DNA of 64,000 nucleotides from IMGVR_UViG_3300027708_000012:124001-188000; one strand, 5' to 3'. Shown: positions 11,141-21,330, numbered from the stretch's first letter. Notes: a model not told the origin generated them from the sequence alone. A program made the numbers and translations.

Positions 11141-12661
11141 ATGTCATACACGATAAATCATTACAACGGTTCATTATTAACAGTAGTATCGGAAGGAACC
11201 GTAGATACTAGCACAGATCTTACATTAATTGGTAAGAATTATGCTGGATATGGCACTGCTCAAAACGATAATTTTGTATGGTTATTAGAAAATTTTGCAA
11301 ATACTACTGAGCCTCCTTCCCCATTAACTGGTCAAATATGGTTTGATAGTGCCAATCTTAAATTAAAATTTTATGACGGTAGCAAATTTAGAACAACTAG
11401 TAGTACCGAAGTCAGTGCCATACCTCCAACTGGACTAACTCTTGGAGATTTATGGTTTGATACTACAACGGATCAGCTATATGCATACAATGGCAACCTA
11501 TCAGATCCTTTTACATTAATTGGACCTCAAGGTGTTGCAGGAGAAGGACTTACTGAAATGCAATCAATTTCAGTAAAAGACACTTCTAATGCTTCGCATC
11601 CAATTATACAAGCGGTTATTAACGGTACGGTAGTGTTTATAATTAATGCAGATAGTGCATTTACACTTAACTCTATTAATCCTATTAACGGATTTGATAG
11701 AATTGAACAAGGTCTTACTCTTGCATATACCCGACAAGCAGATAACGGCATAACAAATAGTAGTACAGCACATAGATGGTGGGGAACAGCAACTAATTCT
11801 GATAGATTAAACGGCCTTCCTTCTTCTAGTTATGTACAAAGTGATAGTCCTATTTTTATGGGTACAGCACACTTTCCTGATACTGGATATACTGTTGGCG
11901 GATCGACTGGATTAGTTAATCCTAAACTAAAAATTAGTATTGGCAATTCTGGAATCACGCCAATCGTTGAAAATGTTGTTAATGATACAATAGCATTTCG
12001 AACTACATCGGGCGCAGGAAAACTATATCCTTTAACAATTAAAGGTAATGATTTATTACCAGGCGGCCCTTTAGCAATTACTAATTTTACTTCTGATAGC
12101 ACAAATAATATAGGTAGTTCCACAGCACGATGGTCTACTGTGTGGGCTGTAAATTTTAACGGAACTGCTACAAATTCAAATTATTTACTGGTCGGTGGAA
12201 GTCCGTCCGCTGCGTCTGTAGCAAGTGCTCCAAATACTATTGTTGCAAGAAATAGTAATAACGATATATTTGCTAATGTTATAAACGGTACATCTACAAG
12301 TGCAAACTATGCTGACTTGGCTGAAAAGTACCTTGCTGATAAAAAATATGATATTGGTACAGTTGTATCAGTTGGCGGAACAGCTGAAATAACCGAATCT
12401 AAAAACGGAGATCTTCCTATAGGTGTAATTAGTGAAAATCCTGCATATAAAATGAATGCAACGTTAGTAAACGGTGTTTATGTTGCATTAAAAGGCCGTG
12501 TTCCTGTAAAAGTTGAAGGTCCAGTTGTCAAAGGTCAGAGATTAGTTGCAAGTAATAATGGTTGCGCACAAGTTGCAACAAATACGGTAGATACTTTTGC
12601 TATAGCATTAGAAACTAACGACACAACTTCAATTAAATTAGTAGAATGTGTTATACTTTAA
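11141..12661 (+). CDS. Tail fibre-like protein with C-terminal intramolecular-chaperone/autocleavage-like domain
   Basis: Same N-terminal module as the two previous genes. C-terminal 'YADLAEKY...GTVV...IGVIS..PAY.MN...VALKGRVPVKV' is typical of phage fibre C-termini. Confidence 0.7.
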   Translation: MSYTINHYNGSLLTVVSEGTVDTSTDLTLIGKNYAGYGTAQNDNFVWLLENFANTTEPPSPLTGQIWFDSANLKLKFYDGSKFRTTSSTEVSAIPPTGLTLGDLWFDTTTDQLYAYNGNLSDPFTLIGPQGVAGEGLTEMQSISVKDTSNASHPIIQAVINGTVVFIINADSAFTLNSINPINGFDRIEQGLTLAYTRQADNGITNSSTAHRWWGTATNSDRLNGLPSSSYVQSDSPIFMGTAHFPDTGYTVGGSTGLVNPKLKISIGNSGITPIVENVVNDTIAFRTTSGAGKLYPLTIKGNDLLPGGPLAITNFTSDSTNNIGSSTARWSTVWAVNFNGTATNSNYLLVGGSPSAASVASAPNTIVARNSNNDIFANVINGTSTSANYADLAEKYLADKKYDIGTVVSVGGTAEITESKNGDLPIGVISENPAYKMNATLVNGVYVALKGRVPVKVEGPVVKGQRLVASNNGCAQVATNTVDTFAIALETNDTTSIKLVECVIL

Positions 12662-12692
12662 AAATGACTAATTTAAAAACAAAAGGTAAAAA

Positions 12693-14864
12693 ATGACTGT
12701 TTCTATTGTTTCATTTACAGGATATATTAATAACGGCACAAACGGAGTTGTAGGAACTACATTAACAGTTTCAGTAATATCTTCGGGAAGAATTGCGTTA
12801 GGCATGGCTATTTCAGATGATGCCAATACAATTAGTGCCAATACACGTATTATATCTCAACTAACTGGAAGCACTGGAAGTACAGGAACTTATCAAGTAA
12901 CTGTTAGTCAGTCATCAGGAACAAGTTCTGCCAAATTAAATATTACTGGAACGTCTGCTGGAAAGATACTTGCAAGTGACTATAACGTATTACAATCAAA
13001 ATTGGCACTAGTAATGTCTACGGGATTTGGAAGATACGGTTACGGACAAGTATCTCCAAGATATACTAGTTCTCAAATATCAGGCAATCCTATTATTACC
13101 GCCGATCAATGGTCAAAACTAAGAGATGATACGATCAAGGCATATTATCATCAAGGTTCAATTGGTAATTTAACAATACCAATTGTTCCGGTAAAAACCA
13201 ATACTATTACTGGAACAGATTATGCACTTTATGCAAATTTAATACAGTCAGTTTATAATAATTTAAATACTACACCACCTGCTGGACAAGCTAGTCTTGT
13301 GACATTCCCGCAAGCGGTTCGAACTAGTTCTTGGAATGGTACAGTATATCATACAGTAACACTAACATTTCCTACTAGAAATGACGCCAGGTACTACTTT
13401 AACTCTGGTAGTAATTTACAATTTAGTGCTAGTTTGATTAATTATCCTGGGTACCCAGGATATACACAAGGACCAGATGCTTCTTTTGCAAAAGATAGTG
13501 ATTGGAATATGTTGTTATTTAATATGAAAAAAATTACATTTGATATCAACGGCACAACTTCCACAGGATCTTATACAACCATTGGTTCTAATATTGGTTT
13601 TTATAATCTTACTACTACTCCGCAGAATATTTTCCAAAAGAAAACAGCTAGCCCGTCTTATACTAATAATCAGTATGATATATTGGCTAGTATAGATGCT
13701 ACTGGAAGAATTTTAACTTTTAGCATACAATTTGCAGACCTTTCTGGAGGTAATCCTGATGAAAGTGTTGAAGGCACATTAACCAGCACAGTTCAAGCAT
13801 ATTATTCTACTGGTAGTAATGTTCAAGTTAGCTTGCCTAGTTATAGCTCTACAATTACAGGCGGAGTAATAGTAGCTCCCTCGTCAACATACTTTATTAC
13901 ACCCGTTACAAATAGTGTCAATGAAGGCAGTAGTTTAACAATTAATGTAACAGGATCATTAATTATTGATGATACTTACTATTGGACCATTAATAATAAC
14001 ACAACAAGTTCAGCTGATTTTTCAGCAACATCTGGATCATTTACTATTACAAGTAATTCTGGATCGTTTGTAATATCGCCAACAGCTGATAGCTTAACTG
14101 AAGGTGCGGAAACATTTACAGTATCAATTCGTTCTACTAGTATTACTGGATCGGTACTGGCTACAAGTTCAACTATTACTATTAATGATACTAGTGTTAC
14201 TCCTCCACCGCCACCTCCAGCAGTAACGACTTTAAGTTATGATGTATCATCAGTTAATGAAGGTAGTTCAGTTACACTAACGGCAAGAAATGTTGCCGGA
14301 GCGGACGGGACTTATTATTGGACTATATTACATGGAACTACATCTAGTGCTGATTTTTCAGCAACATCTGGATCATTTACAGTATCAAGCGGAACAGGAA
14401 CATTTAGTGTAACGCCAACAGCTGACAATTTAACTGAAGGTGCAGAAACATTCCAAGTGCAAATTAGAAATGTTTCAATTAGCGGGTCAATTCTAGCAAC
14501 TTGTTCTCTCATAACAATTAACGATACTAGCTTAAATCCTCCTGCGGTTATAACTGCACACGGATTTAGTTCTGGAAATTCCGCAGTTGAAGGCAATAGT
14601 ATAACATACAGTGGTACATTTGGTGGTACTATAATTGGTAGTCCGTATGCTATTACAGTTGGCACTGCAATAAGTTCTCCTCCGTATAGTTCAACAATTG
14701 TTTCAGCTGGTGGAACTTTTACTACTAGCCCTCAAACAATTTCAGTTACTTTCACAGTACCGGCAATATCATCAAATACATCACCGTACAATAGATTATA
14801 TGCGGCGGTAACCGGCGCTTACGGCCCAAATGGAAATGATGATATACCAGTATTACCAGTATAA
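12693..14864 (+). CDS. Virion protein with two Calx-beta/Ig-like repeats joined by a Pro6 linker
   Basis: Two ~110 aa repeats (SVNEGSS...ADFSATSGSFT...PTAD.LTEGAETF...ITINDTS) separated by TPPPPPPA. Confidence 0.65.
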   Translation: MTVSIVSFTGYINNGTNGVVGTTLTVSVISSGRIALGMAISDDANTISANTRIISQLTGSTGSTGTYQVTVSQSSGTSSAKLNITGTSAGKILASDYNVLQSKLALVMSTGFGRYGYGQVSPRYTSSQISGNPIITADQWSKLRDDTIKAYYHQGSIGNLTIPIVPVKTNTITGTDYALYANLIQSVYNNLNTTPPAGQASLVTFPQAVRTSSWNGTVYHTVTLTFPTRNDARYYFNSGSNLQFSASLINYPGYPGYTQGPDASFAKDSDWNMLLFNMKKITFDINGTTSTGSYTTIGSNIGFYNLTTTPQNIFQKKTASPSYTNNQYDILASIDATGRILTFSIQFADLSGGNPDESVEGTLTSTVQAYYSTGSNVQVSLPSYSSTITGGVIVAPSSTYFITPVTNSVNEGSSLTINVTGSLIIDDTYYWTINNNTTSSADFSATSGSFTITSNSGSFVISPTADSLTEGAETFTVSIRSTSITGSVLATSSTITINDTSVTPPPPPPAVTTLSYDVSSVNEGSSVTLTARNVAGADGTYYWTILHGTTSSADFSATSGSFTVSSGTGTFSVTPTADNLTEGAETFQVQIRNVSISGSILATCSLITINDTSLNPPAVITAHGFSSGNSAVEGNSITYSGTFGGTIIGSPYAITVGTAISSPPYSSTIVSAGGTFTTSPQTISVTFTVPAISSNTSPYNRLYAAVTGAYGPNGNDDIPVLPV
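14013..14380 (+). repeat. 32-bp exact direct repeat (14013-14044 and 14349-14380) marking an intragenic domain duplication
   Basis: gctgatttttcagcaacatctggatcatttac occurs twice, 336 nt (112 codons) apart. Confidence 0.85.
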
Positions 14865-15433
14865 TGTCTTTTGAGTTGTTAAACGAAACACCGAGGATAG
14901 TCTATTATCATAACATACTTTCTGATAGTGAGTGTAATTATGTTATTGATACCGCTGACAATTTTCAAAAATCCGCAGGCTATGATTTTGCAACGAAACA
15001 ATCTAAATTTACCAAGTGGAGAACTAGTAGCAATTATTTTGACCACGATAACAAGTTTAAGTATATTACTGAAAAAGCTGCAGAGTTATCAACCCATCCG
15101 CTTATTAACATTGAGCCACCGCAAATAATAAAGTACGAAATTGATGAGTTTTATAAACCTCATTACGACTTTTTTAACTTTCCGCCCGAAATAATTTCTA
15201 CAGATAACGACAGAATTGGTACTATTATTTTTTATTTAAATGATGGGTTTACCGGAGGAGAAACAAATTTTCCTAAATTGGATATTACTGTTCGTCCTAG
15301 AAAGGGATCTGCATTATTTTTTGAATATAATTATTCTAAAATAACCAATCATTTAACATTACACGGCGGCATGCCAGTTGTACACGGCACAAAATATATT
15401 GCTACTTCTTGGATTAGAAGCAACAAGTTCTAA
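14864..15433 (+). CDS. Prolyl 4-hydroxylase-like 2OG-Fe(II) oxygenase
   Basis: Motifs FYKPHYDFF (HxD), TIIFYLND..GGETNFP, LHGGMPV (distal His) and KYIATSWIR (2OG-binding Lys). TAATG-coupled to the upstream gene. Confidence 0.85.
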   Translation: MSFELLNETPRIVYYHNILSDSECNYVIDTADNFQKSAGYDFATKQSKFTKWRTSSNYFDHDNKFKYITEKAAELSTHPLINIEPPQIIKYEIDEFYKPHYDFFNFPPEIISTDNDRIGTIIFYLNDGFTGGETNFPKLDITVRPRKGSALFFEYNYSKITNHLTLHGGMPVVHGTKYIATSWIRSNKF

Positions 15434-15460
15434 AAGTTATAAAATAATCATCAGCAGCCA

Positions 15461-15489
15461 TTGACAAGATAATTAAAGTAGTGTATTAT
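15461..15489 (+). promoter_or_regulatory. Sigma70-like promoter
   Basis: TTGACA-17 nt-TATTAT upstream of 15513. Confidence 0.7.
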
Positions 15490-15512
15490 AAACATTACGG
15501 AGTTATCTGCCC

Positions 15513-15863
15513 ATGGATGAAAGAATTGAAAAAGCGTTTGAAGTTGCCAATTATATGGCAACACTTAGTAATCAACGCCGCATTATATTAGAAGAATACA
15601 ATCACTCATTGATATACTATATCAATGGTGCTACATTTAAACTTACACCATCTCTTATTAGTTTTGTAAAAACATTAATTGATCTTGGAAATACAGAAAA
15701 TGTTGTTTTAATTGATGACAATAATTTTCCAGCACTAGTAGAAGACTTAGATGTTTTTCTAACTAACATAACTTCAAAATATTTAGAATCTGTAAAAACG
15801 TATGCAGATGCGTTTAACGATTTACGAGCCAAACGTAAAATTGCAGGTATTGTTGAGTTATGA
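15513..15863 (+). CDS. Hypothetical protein
   Basis: 116 aa ORF with GGAG SD; ATGA overlap with the next gene. Confidence 0.6.
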   Translation: MDERIEKAFEVANYMATLSNQRRIILEEYNHSLIYYINGATFKLTPSLISFVKTLIDLGNTENVVLIDDNNFPALVEDLDVFLTNITSKYLESVKTYADAFNDLRAKRKIAGIVEL

Positions 15864-16708
15864 GTCAGGGCATTGTAATTTTTGCTCAAAATAATGCAGA
15901 TGTTGATTATATAAAATTAGCTACATTTTCAGCTAATCAGGCAAAACAATATCTTGATTTGCCCGTGAGTTTAATTACAGATAGCAGAGGTTGGTTAGAA
16001 AAAAGCCAGCCAAATCATCCATTTGATCAAATTATTGATGTTGAATATACATCAGCATCTCAGCGCAAATCGTTTTTTGACGGCTCACTAACATCCAAAA
16101 ATCTTGAGTGGAGAAACTTTGCACGTAATCTTGCATATGATTTAACACCCTATGACACTACACTAGTCATTGATAGCGATTATATTATCAACAGCGATAA
16201 TTTAAAACTAGCATTTGCACGGGATATAGATTTTCAGATATATTCAAAAAGTATGGATTTAGCATCTTGGAGAAATACAGAAGAATTTGATCGTGTTAAT
16301 ATGTATAGTATTCCATTTTACTGGGCCACGGCATTTATATTTCAAAAAAATGAAATTACTAAATCATTTTTTAATTTAATTGCTTATATTAAATCTAATT
16401 GGAATTATTATCGTATACTTTATAATATAGATTCTACGTTATTTCGAAATGATTATGCTTTTAGTATTGCTATACATATTATGAACGAAAAAGGATTGAA
16501 TTCTTTTGCTATGGAGTTACCAGGAAGTATGGTATATACTAAAGATAAAGATCTATTAGTTTCTTCAGTAGATAATAAAATGAAATTTCTATTAGAAAAG
16601 AAAGACTATCCAGGCGAATATATTTTAGCTAAGACACAAGGTTTAGATATTCATGTAATGAATAAATTTAGTCTAAGCAGATTTATTGACGGAGGTTCAG
16701 GTGTCTAA
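15860..16708 (+). CDS. GT-A fold glycosyltransferase-like protein
   Basis: 'TPYDTTLVIDSDY' DxD motif and N-terminal GIVIFA strand. Paralog of the next gene. Confidence 0.7.
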   Translation: MSQGIVIFAQNNADVDYIKLATFSANQAKQYLDLPVSLITDSRGWLEKSQPNHPFDQIIDVEYTSASQRKSFFDGSLTSKNLEWRNFARNLAYDLTPYDTTLVIDSDYIINSDNLKLAFARDIDFQIYSKSMDLASWRNTEEFDRVNMYSIPFYWATAFIFQKNEITKSFFNLIAYIKSNWNYYRILYNIDSTLFRNDYAFSIAIHIMNEKGLNSFAMELPGSMVYTKDKDLLVSSVDNKMKFLLEKKDYPGEYILAKTQGLDIHVMNKFSLSRFIDGGSGV

Positions 16709-17531
16709 AGGATTTTTAGTACTAGCTCAAAATACAGATTCTGACGATTATATTCAGCAAGCCTATGCTTTAGCGTTGAGTATTCGTTGGAGTCAAAAAA
16801 CTATTACTAATATTTCATTAGTAACTGATGATATTGTTCCAAAAGAATACCAGTCTGCATTTGATAAAATTATTCCAATACCGTTTGGTAGTCCGGAAAG
16901 TGTCAGTCTTTATAGAGCAGAAAATCGTTGGAAACTCTACTATGCCAGTCCCTATGACGAAACTATTGTACTAGATACAGACATGTTAGTATTGGAAGAT
17001 TTAAGTTCTTGGTGGAAATATTGTGAAAATTATGATATACGATATTGTAATAGAATACAAAATTATAAATTAGAAGCAGTAAACGATAAATTACATAGAA
17101 AAACATTTATTGCTAATAAGCTAACAAGCCCTTATTCGGCTTTACATTACTTTAAAAAATCAAACTCTGCTTACGAATTCTATAAAGTTTTAGAATTTGT
17201 CTGCAATAACTGGGAATGGTGTTGGGATAAATTTGCTCCTGAAGAATATCAAAAATGGTTAAGTATGGATTTAGCTGTTGCAGTAGCAATTGAAATAACT
17301 GGTGCTTACGATGTTGTGGATGCAAACAATCCAATGGAATTTGTACATATGAAAACACATCTACAAGGATGGAAGACTTCATCAAATTTGTGGCAAGATT
17401 TTGTACTTACAAACTTTACCAATGAGCTAACCGTAGCTAATATAAAACAACAAAAGTTGTTTCATTACATAGAAAAAGATTTTTTATCTGAACATATTTT
17501 ATCAAGACTACAGGAGCTAGCACATGGCTAA
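16701..17531 (+). CDS. GT-A fold glycosyltransferase-like protein
   Basis: 'SPYDETIVLDTDM' DxD motif. Likely GTG start at 16701 after GGAGG. Confidence 0.7.
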   Translation: MSKGFLVLAQNTDSDDYIQQAYALALSIRWSQKTITNISLVTDDIVPKEYQSAFDKIIPIPFGSPESVSLYRAENRWKLYYASPYDETIVLDTDMLVLEDLSSWWKYCENYDIRYCNRIQNYKLEAVNDKLHRKTFIANKLTSPYSALHYFKKSNSAYEFYKVLEFVCNNWEWCWDKFAPEEYQKWLSMDLAVAVAIEITGAYDVVDANNPMEFVHMKTHLQGWKTSSNLWQDFVLTNFTNELTVANIKQQKLFHYIEKDFLSEHILSRLQELAHG

Positions 17532-18156
17532 ACGCTCTCAAAAACAAAAAATCGTAGAGGTAGTTGAGCCTAAATTCTATGCTCATTATGACGGAATGAC
17601 TAGGAATATCTTCAGCGTAAACAATCATAAAATTGAAGGGTGGCCGCATTTTGTGGAAATTTCGTTTCTCGAGTATGAAAGATTAGTTACTGGAAAAGAT
17701 GAGTTTACTGATTTTCACATAGGAACTGTTATAGCTGTTGACGGAACCGCTTCTTTAGGATTAGTTTCTAAAAAAGTTATACAAGAACATAATTTTAAAA
17801 ATAGATTACTATATTGGATTGAGCGTGAAACAGAAAATGCCGACATGGAAATTCATTATGATGCATACAATTCCCAGTGGGTATTTTTAGTCTCAGACGA
17901 ATTTAGACAACGATACTATTCTAATCAACTACCAATAAGTTCAATTTCTTTTTTTATCACGCTAGGAAAAGATCCTAACTTTTTACTACGTGTAATTGAT
18001 ATAGATTTAAAATCAATAGTGTCAGATAAAATTTTAATAAATTTTGATAGTAAGTGGGAATCAAATATTGATTTAATTGCAATTACTTCCAATCTATCAA
18101 CTATTACATACTCTCTTAAAATTTGGAAAATATATGAGCAAGATCAAAGTAATTGA
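17524..18156 (+). CDS. Hypothetical protein
   Basis: 210 aa ORF with AGGAG SD, overlapping its neighbours within the operon. Confidence 0.55.
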   Translation: MAKRSQKQKIVEVVEPKFYAHYDGMTRNIFSVNNHKIEGWPHFVEISFLEYERLVTGKDEFTDFHIGTVIAVDGTASLGLVSKKVIQEHNFKNRLLYWIERETENADMEIHYDAYNSQWVFLVSDEFRQRYYSNQLPISSISFFITLGKDPNFLLRVIDIDLKSIVSDKILINFDSKWESNIDLIAITSNLSTITYSLKIWKIYEQDQSN

Positions 18157-19033
18157 ACAAGACATAATATTTCTCAGCTATGATGAACCTAATGCTGAAA
18201 AGAACTATGCCGATTTATTAGCAAAAGTGCCATGGGCTAAACGTGTGCATGGAGTTAAGGGTAGTGATGCGGCACACAAGGCTTGTGCAGCGCAATGCGA
18301 AACAGAATACTTTGTTACAGTAGACGGCGACAACATTATCGATCCTGCATTTTTAGAAGTTGAAATTGACTTAGATGAATTAGGTCTAACTTCTAATCAT
18401 GTGTTTAGTTGGTGCGGAAAAGTTCATGTTAATCACTTGATGTACGGCAACGGTGGACTTAAAATGTGGACCCCTGCGTTTGTTAACAATATGAAGACTC
18501 ATGAAAATTCTGATCCTAATGACACTAAGGGTCTAGTAGAATTTTGTTTTGATGATCTGTATTATCAATTTGACGAAAACTATTCAGAGAGCTTTACCAA
18601 TGCCAGCCCATTTCAAGCCTTCAGAGCAGGATTCCGTGAAGGTGTAAAGATGTCGTTGGATCAAGGTGCAAAAGTTCAAGACATTAGTAAAATATTTTGG
18701 AAAAACTATCATAGGTTATTGATTTGGTCTAACATTGGTGCCGATGTTACTAATGGACTTTGGAGTATGTATGGTGCAAGAGAAGGCGCCTATCTAACTA
18801 ATTGTACAGATTGGGACTATACTAATGTTCGTGATTTTGATTATTTGACTCAACAGTGGGAAGACAAATACAGCAAGGTAACTGAAAAAATGTTGCCCTA
18901 CGAAATTATGGGTTTAGGTGAAACACTTAAACACGAATGCGGTTTGGAAATCACAGACGTTGATTCAACCGGAAGCAAATTTTTTAAAACGGTGTTTAAC
19001 AACTCGCCCCGAACTCTTAGGAAGAAATTATAA
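18134..19033 (+). CDS. Glycosyltransferase-like protein (GT-A, DGD motif)
   Basis: 'IIFLSYDEP...VHGVKG...AH...FVTVDGDN' and 'YGNGGLK'. Likely start at MSKIKV (18134). Confidence 0.65.
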   Translation: MSKIKVIEQDIIFLSYDEPNAEKNYADLLAKVPWAKRVHGVKGSDAAHKACAAQCETEYFVTVDGDNIIDPAFLEVEIDLDELGLTSNHVFSWCGKVHVNHLMYGNGGLKMWTPAFVNNMKTHENSDPNDTKGLVEFCFDDLYYQFDENYSESFTNASPFQAFRAGFREGVKMSLDQGAKVQDISKIFWKNYHRLLIWSNIGADVTNGLWSMYGAREGAYLTNCTDWDYTNVRDFDYLTQQWEDKYSKVTEKMLPYEIMGLGETLKHECGLEITDVDSTGSKFFKTVFNNSPRTLRKKL

Positions 19034-19749
19034 TGTACGATATAGTTTATATTACATACAAAGAAGAAATTCCTCCAAGTTATTATATTGAAGAATTTAT
19101 AAAGAAATTCCCGTATCATAAAACACATTGGGTGCGGGGTATTAAAGGTATTCATAATGCTCACAAAGAAGCAGCCAAGCGAGTATTTTCTAGTATGTTT
19201 TATGTAGTTGATGCAGATGCAAAATTATTGCCTAATTTTAAATTTGATATTAAATTAGACCCCAGCGAAGAAGATATTGTACATGTGTGGCGTAGTATTA
19301 ATCCAGTTAATGGATTAGAATACGGCTTCGGCGGCATCAAATTATTGCCAACTGAATTAACAAGAAATATGGATACTACTAGTGTTGATATGACTACTAG
19401 TATTAGTTCTAGATTTAAAATAATGCCAGATATTAGTAACATTACACAATTTAATATAGATCCACTTAGCACATGGCGTAGTGCATTTAGAGAATGTGTA
19501 AAATTAGCCAGTAGAATCATTCCCGGACAAGATAACAGTCAATCAGAACAGAGGCTACATGCATGGATACACTTTGGCGGCAACGAGCCTTTTGGTGAAT
19601 ATTCAAAGGGAGGTGCGAGTGCGGGAAATTGGTTTGGGACCACCTATAAAGATGATCCCGAAATGCTAGCTAAGATTAACGATTATGATTGGCTAGAGCA
19701 TCAGTTCAATGCACACATTGAACAATTTCCGCCAGAAACTTTTAAATAA
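19033..19749 (+). CDS. Glycosyltransferase-like protein (paralog of previous, DAD motif)
   Basis: 'VRGIKGIHNAH...FYVVDADA...YGFGGIKL...WRSAFRECVKL' aligns by eye to the previous gene. Confidence 0.65.
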   Translation: MYDIVYITYKEEIPPSYYIEEFIKKFPYHKTHWVRGIKGIHNAHKEAAKRVFSSMFYVVDADAKLLPNFKFDIKLDPSEEDIVHVWRSINPVNGLEYGFGGIKLLPTELTRNMDTTSVDMTTSISSRFKIMPDISNITQFNIDPLSTWRSAFRECVKLASRIIPGQDNSQSEQRLHAWIHFGGNEPFGEYSKGGASAGNWFGTTYKDDPEMLAKINDYDWLEHQFNAHIEQFPPETFK

Positions 19750-20404
19750 GATCTTTAGCTAAAGGAAAAATCTCAGCTATCACTCGAGCACATGCAATAG
19801 CAACTTCTTGGTGTTCTTTTTGTGTGCCATTTGCACTACGCAGTTCAATAAAGTGAATCCAACTACGTAGTGTACCGTTCATATAAATTCTACTTTCGAT
19901 TAGGCCTTCGGGCAATACAGCCCGGGCCTGCTCTTTTGCTATACCATTAGCGATAGCCCATTCGTATTCCCGTTTGGCAGCATAGATAACTCGTTGCTGA
20001 GCTCTGTACCAATCGTTTTGTAACATTGTATCATCCACTTCGACGCTGTTCTGTCTGTTTTTTGGATCTTGAAGTCTTGCTTCTCTTGTAACAAACGACA
20101 AGTCTCGAGTAGGGTCAGCATATCGCTGACTGAATTCTTGGAAGCTGAAACTTCTGTGTCGCAAGATTTGTCGGGCAATATCTCTTGTAGTTGTGATTTC
20201 AATACAGGCGGAGACCATTTCAAGTGGGCTCCAGTGCTGGTGTTTGACCAAGTACTTGATGAGTTTGTCTGATGTCTCTGTGTTAAGTTGGTTGCTGGGA
20301 TTGGACACACGGGCGCAATACGCAATGAGTTCCTGCGCATCCGTGATTCCAAGATTTGCAAATTCTGCTGTTGGTTGTGAGTAACTGAGTAGCTGAACAT
20401 TCAT
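19742..20404 (-). CDS. thyX: Flavin-dependent thymidylate synthase
   Basis: ThyX signature RHRSFSFQEFSQRY, plus HWSPLEM and EQARAVLP. Confidence 0.95.
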   Translation of the reverse strand: MNVQLLSYSQPTAEFANLGITDAQELIAYCARVSNPSNQLNTETSDKLIKYLVKHQHWSPLEMVSACIEITTTRDIARQILRHRSFSFQEFSQRYADPTRDLSFVTREARLQDPKNRQNSVEVDDTMLQNDWYRAQQRVIYAAKREYEWAIANGIAKEQARAVLPEGLIESRIYMNGTLRSWIHFIELRSANGTQKEHQEVAIACARVIAEIFPLAKDLI

Positions 20405-20407
20405 TAT

Positions 20408-20728
20408 TTATAACTTCTTTTTCTTAAGGAATTTTTGGGTACTACGCTCGATGTCAGTACGAACTCGTTCTGTGTCTAATTTAAAATCAATGTTGTCTAT
20501 AGACTCTTCGTAAGTCTTACATAACTCATTGAAATTAGTTTCAAACACAGACCAACCATCTCGCTTGGCTTTAGCTGTTATTTTAATTTCCCAGGTTTTG
20601 CCGTCTTTAAAAGTGATCAGCACTGTATGCAAATACTTTATAGGTAATACATTCAATTGGACATCAGCAAATACTTCTGGCCACCGATCAATGACGTCTC
20701 TGGGAAGGTTCTTCCCAGAATTCGTCAC
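20408..20728 (-). CDS. Hypothetical protein
   Basis: 106 aa ORF tightly packed in the operon. Confidence 0.55.
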   Translation of the reverse strand: MTNSGKNLPRDVIDRWPEVFADVQLNVLPIKYLHTVLITFKDGKTWEIKITAKAKRDGWSVFETNFNELCKTYEESIDNIDFKLDTERVRTDIERSTQKFLKKKKL

Positions 20729-21330
20729 TTTTCTTTCTTTTTAGTTGGAACTAGTTCTTCTGCAAGACGTCTGTATTGTGCTGCTTCTTTTGCAAGTTTA
20801 TCAGCTAGGCTTCTGTATTCTTTAGCCTGTTGATCAGGTGTAAGAGAAGCATCAGGAGCAACTGTTTTTTCTACAACTTTGGCAGTTGGTGCAAGCTCGT
20901 TAACTGGAGCAACTGTGGGTTTCTTAGCATCATTGATGCCTTCGCTGATGGCTAAATCGTCAACAGCAACTCCCATTTGTTCTGCAATAATTTGATTAAG
21001 TTCGCTTAGTAGAATTCCTACGCCAGGAGTAGGTGTCATTTCAATTGCATCTGTTGGAGCCTTGATCAGTCGATTGTTTGCGTGTAGCCAAGGCAACATG
21101 CGAGAACCATCTGGAAATTGTGTACGATCCAATGCATCGGCAAGTTCGTGAGACTCTTGTCCAGTGTTACTTTCAACTAGATTAATGATAGCATCGTGAT
21201 AGATGTCTGGCATATTCTCTGTTGGTACAATTAAACAACTATACGCATCGCCTGGCAATGTACGATAAGCCACTAAGCATTTTTTCTTAGTGGACGTAAC
21301 ACGGCCCACGTGTTTGAGTTCTTGGGCCAT
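20725..21330 (-). CDS. Hypothetical protein
   Basis: 201 aa ORF with GGAG SD. Confidence 0.6.
   Translation of the reverse strand: MAQELKHVGRVTSTKKKCLVAYRTLPGDAYSCLIVPTENMPDIYHDAIINLVESNTGQESHELADALDRTQFPDGSRMLPWLHANNRLIKAPTDAIEMTPTPGVGILLSELNQIIAEQMGVAVDDLAISEGINDAKKPTVAPVNELAPTAKVVEKTVAPDASLTPDQQAKEYRSLADKLAKEAAQYRRLAEELVPTKKKEK

Noticed and set aside
14013-14380. Repeat pair as a diversity-generating retroelement TR/VR
   Set aside because: Both copies are in-frame domains of one gene, the differences are not adenine-specific, and there is no reverse transcriptase in the window.
19939-20400. 153-aa alternative-frame ORF overlapping thyX, and similar nested or antisense ORFs throughout
   Set aside because: They lie entirely within well-supported genes and show no recognisable motifs or RBS.
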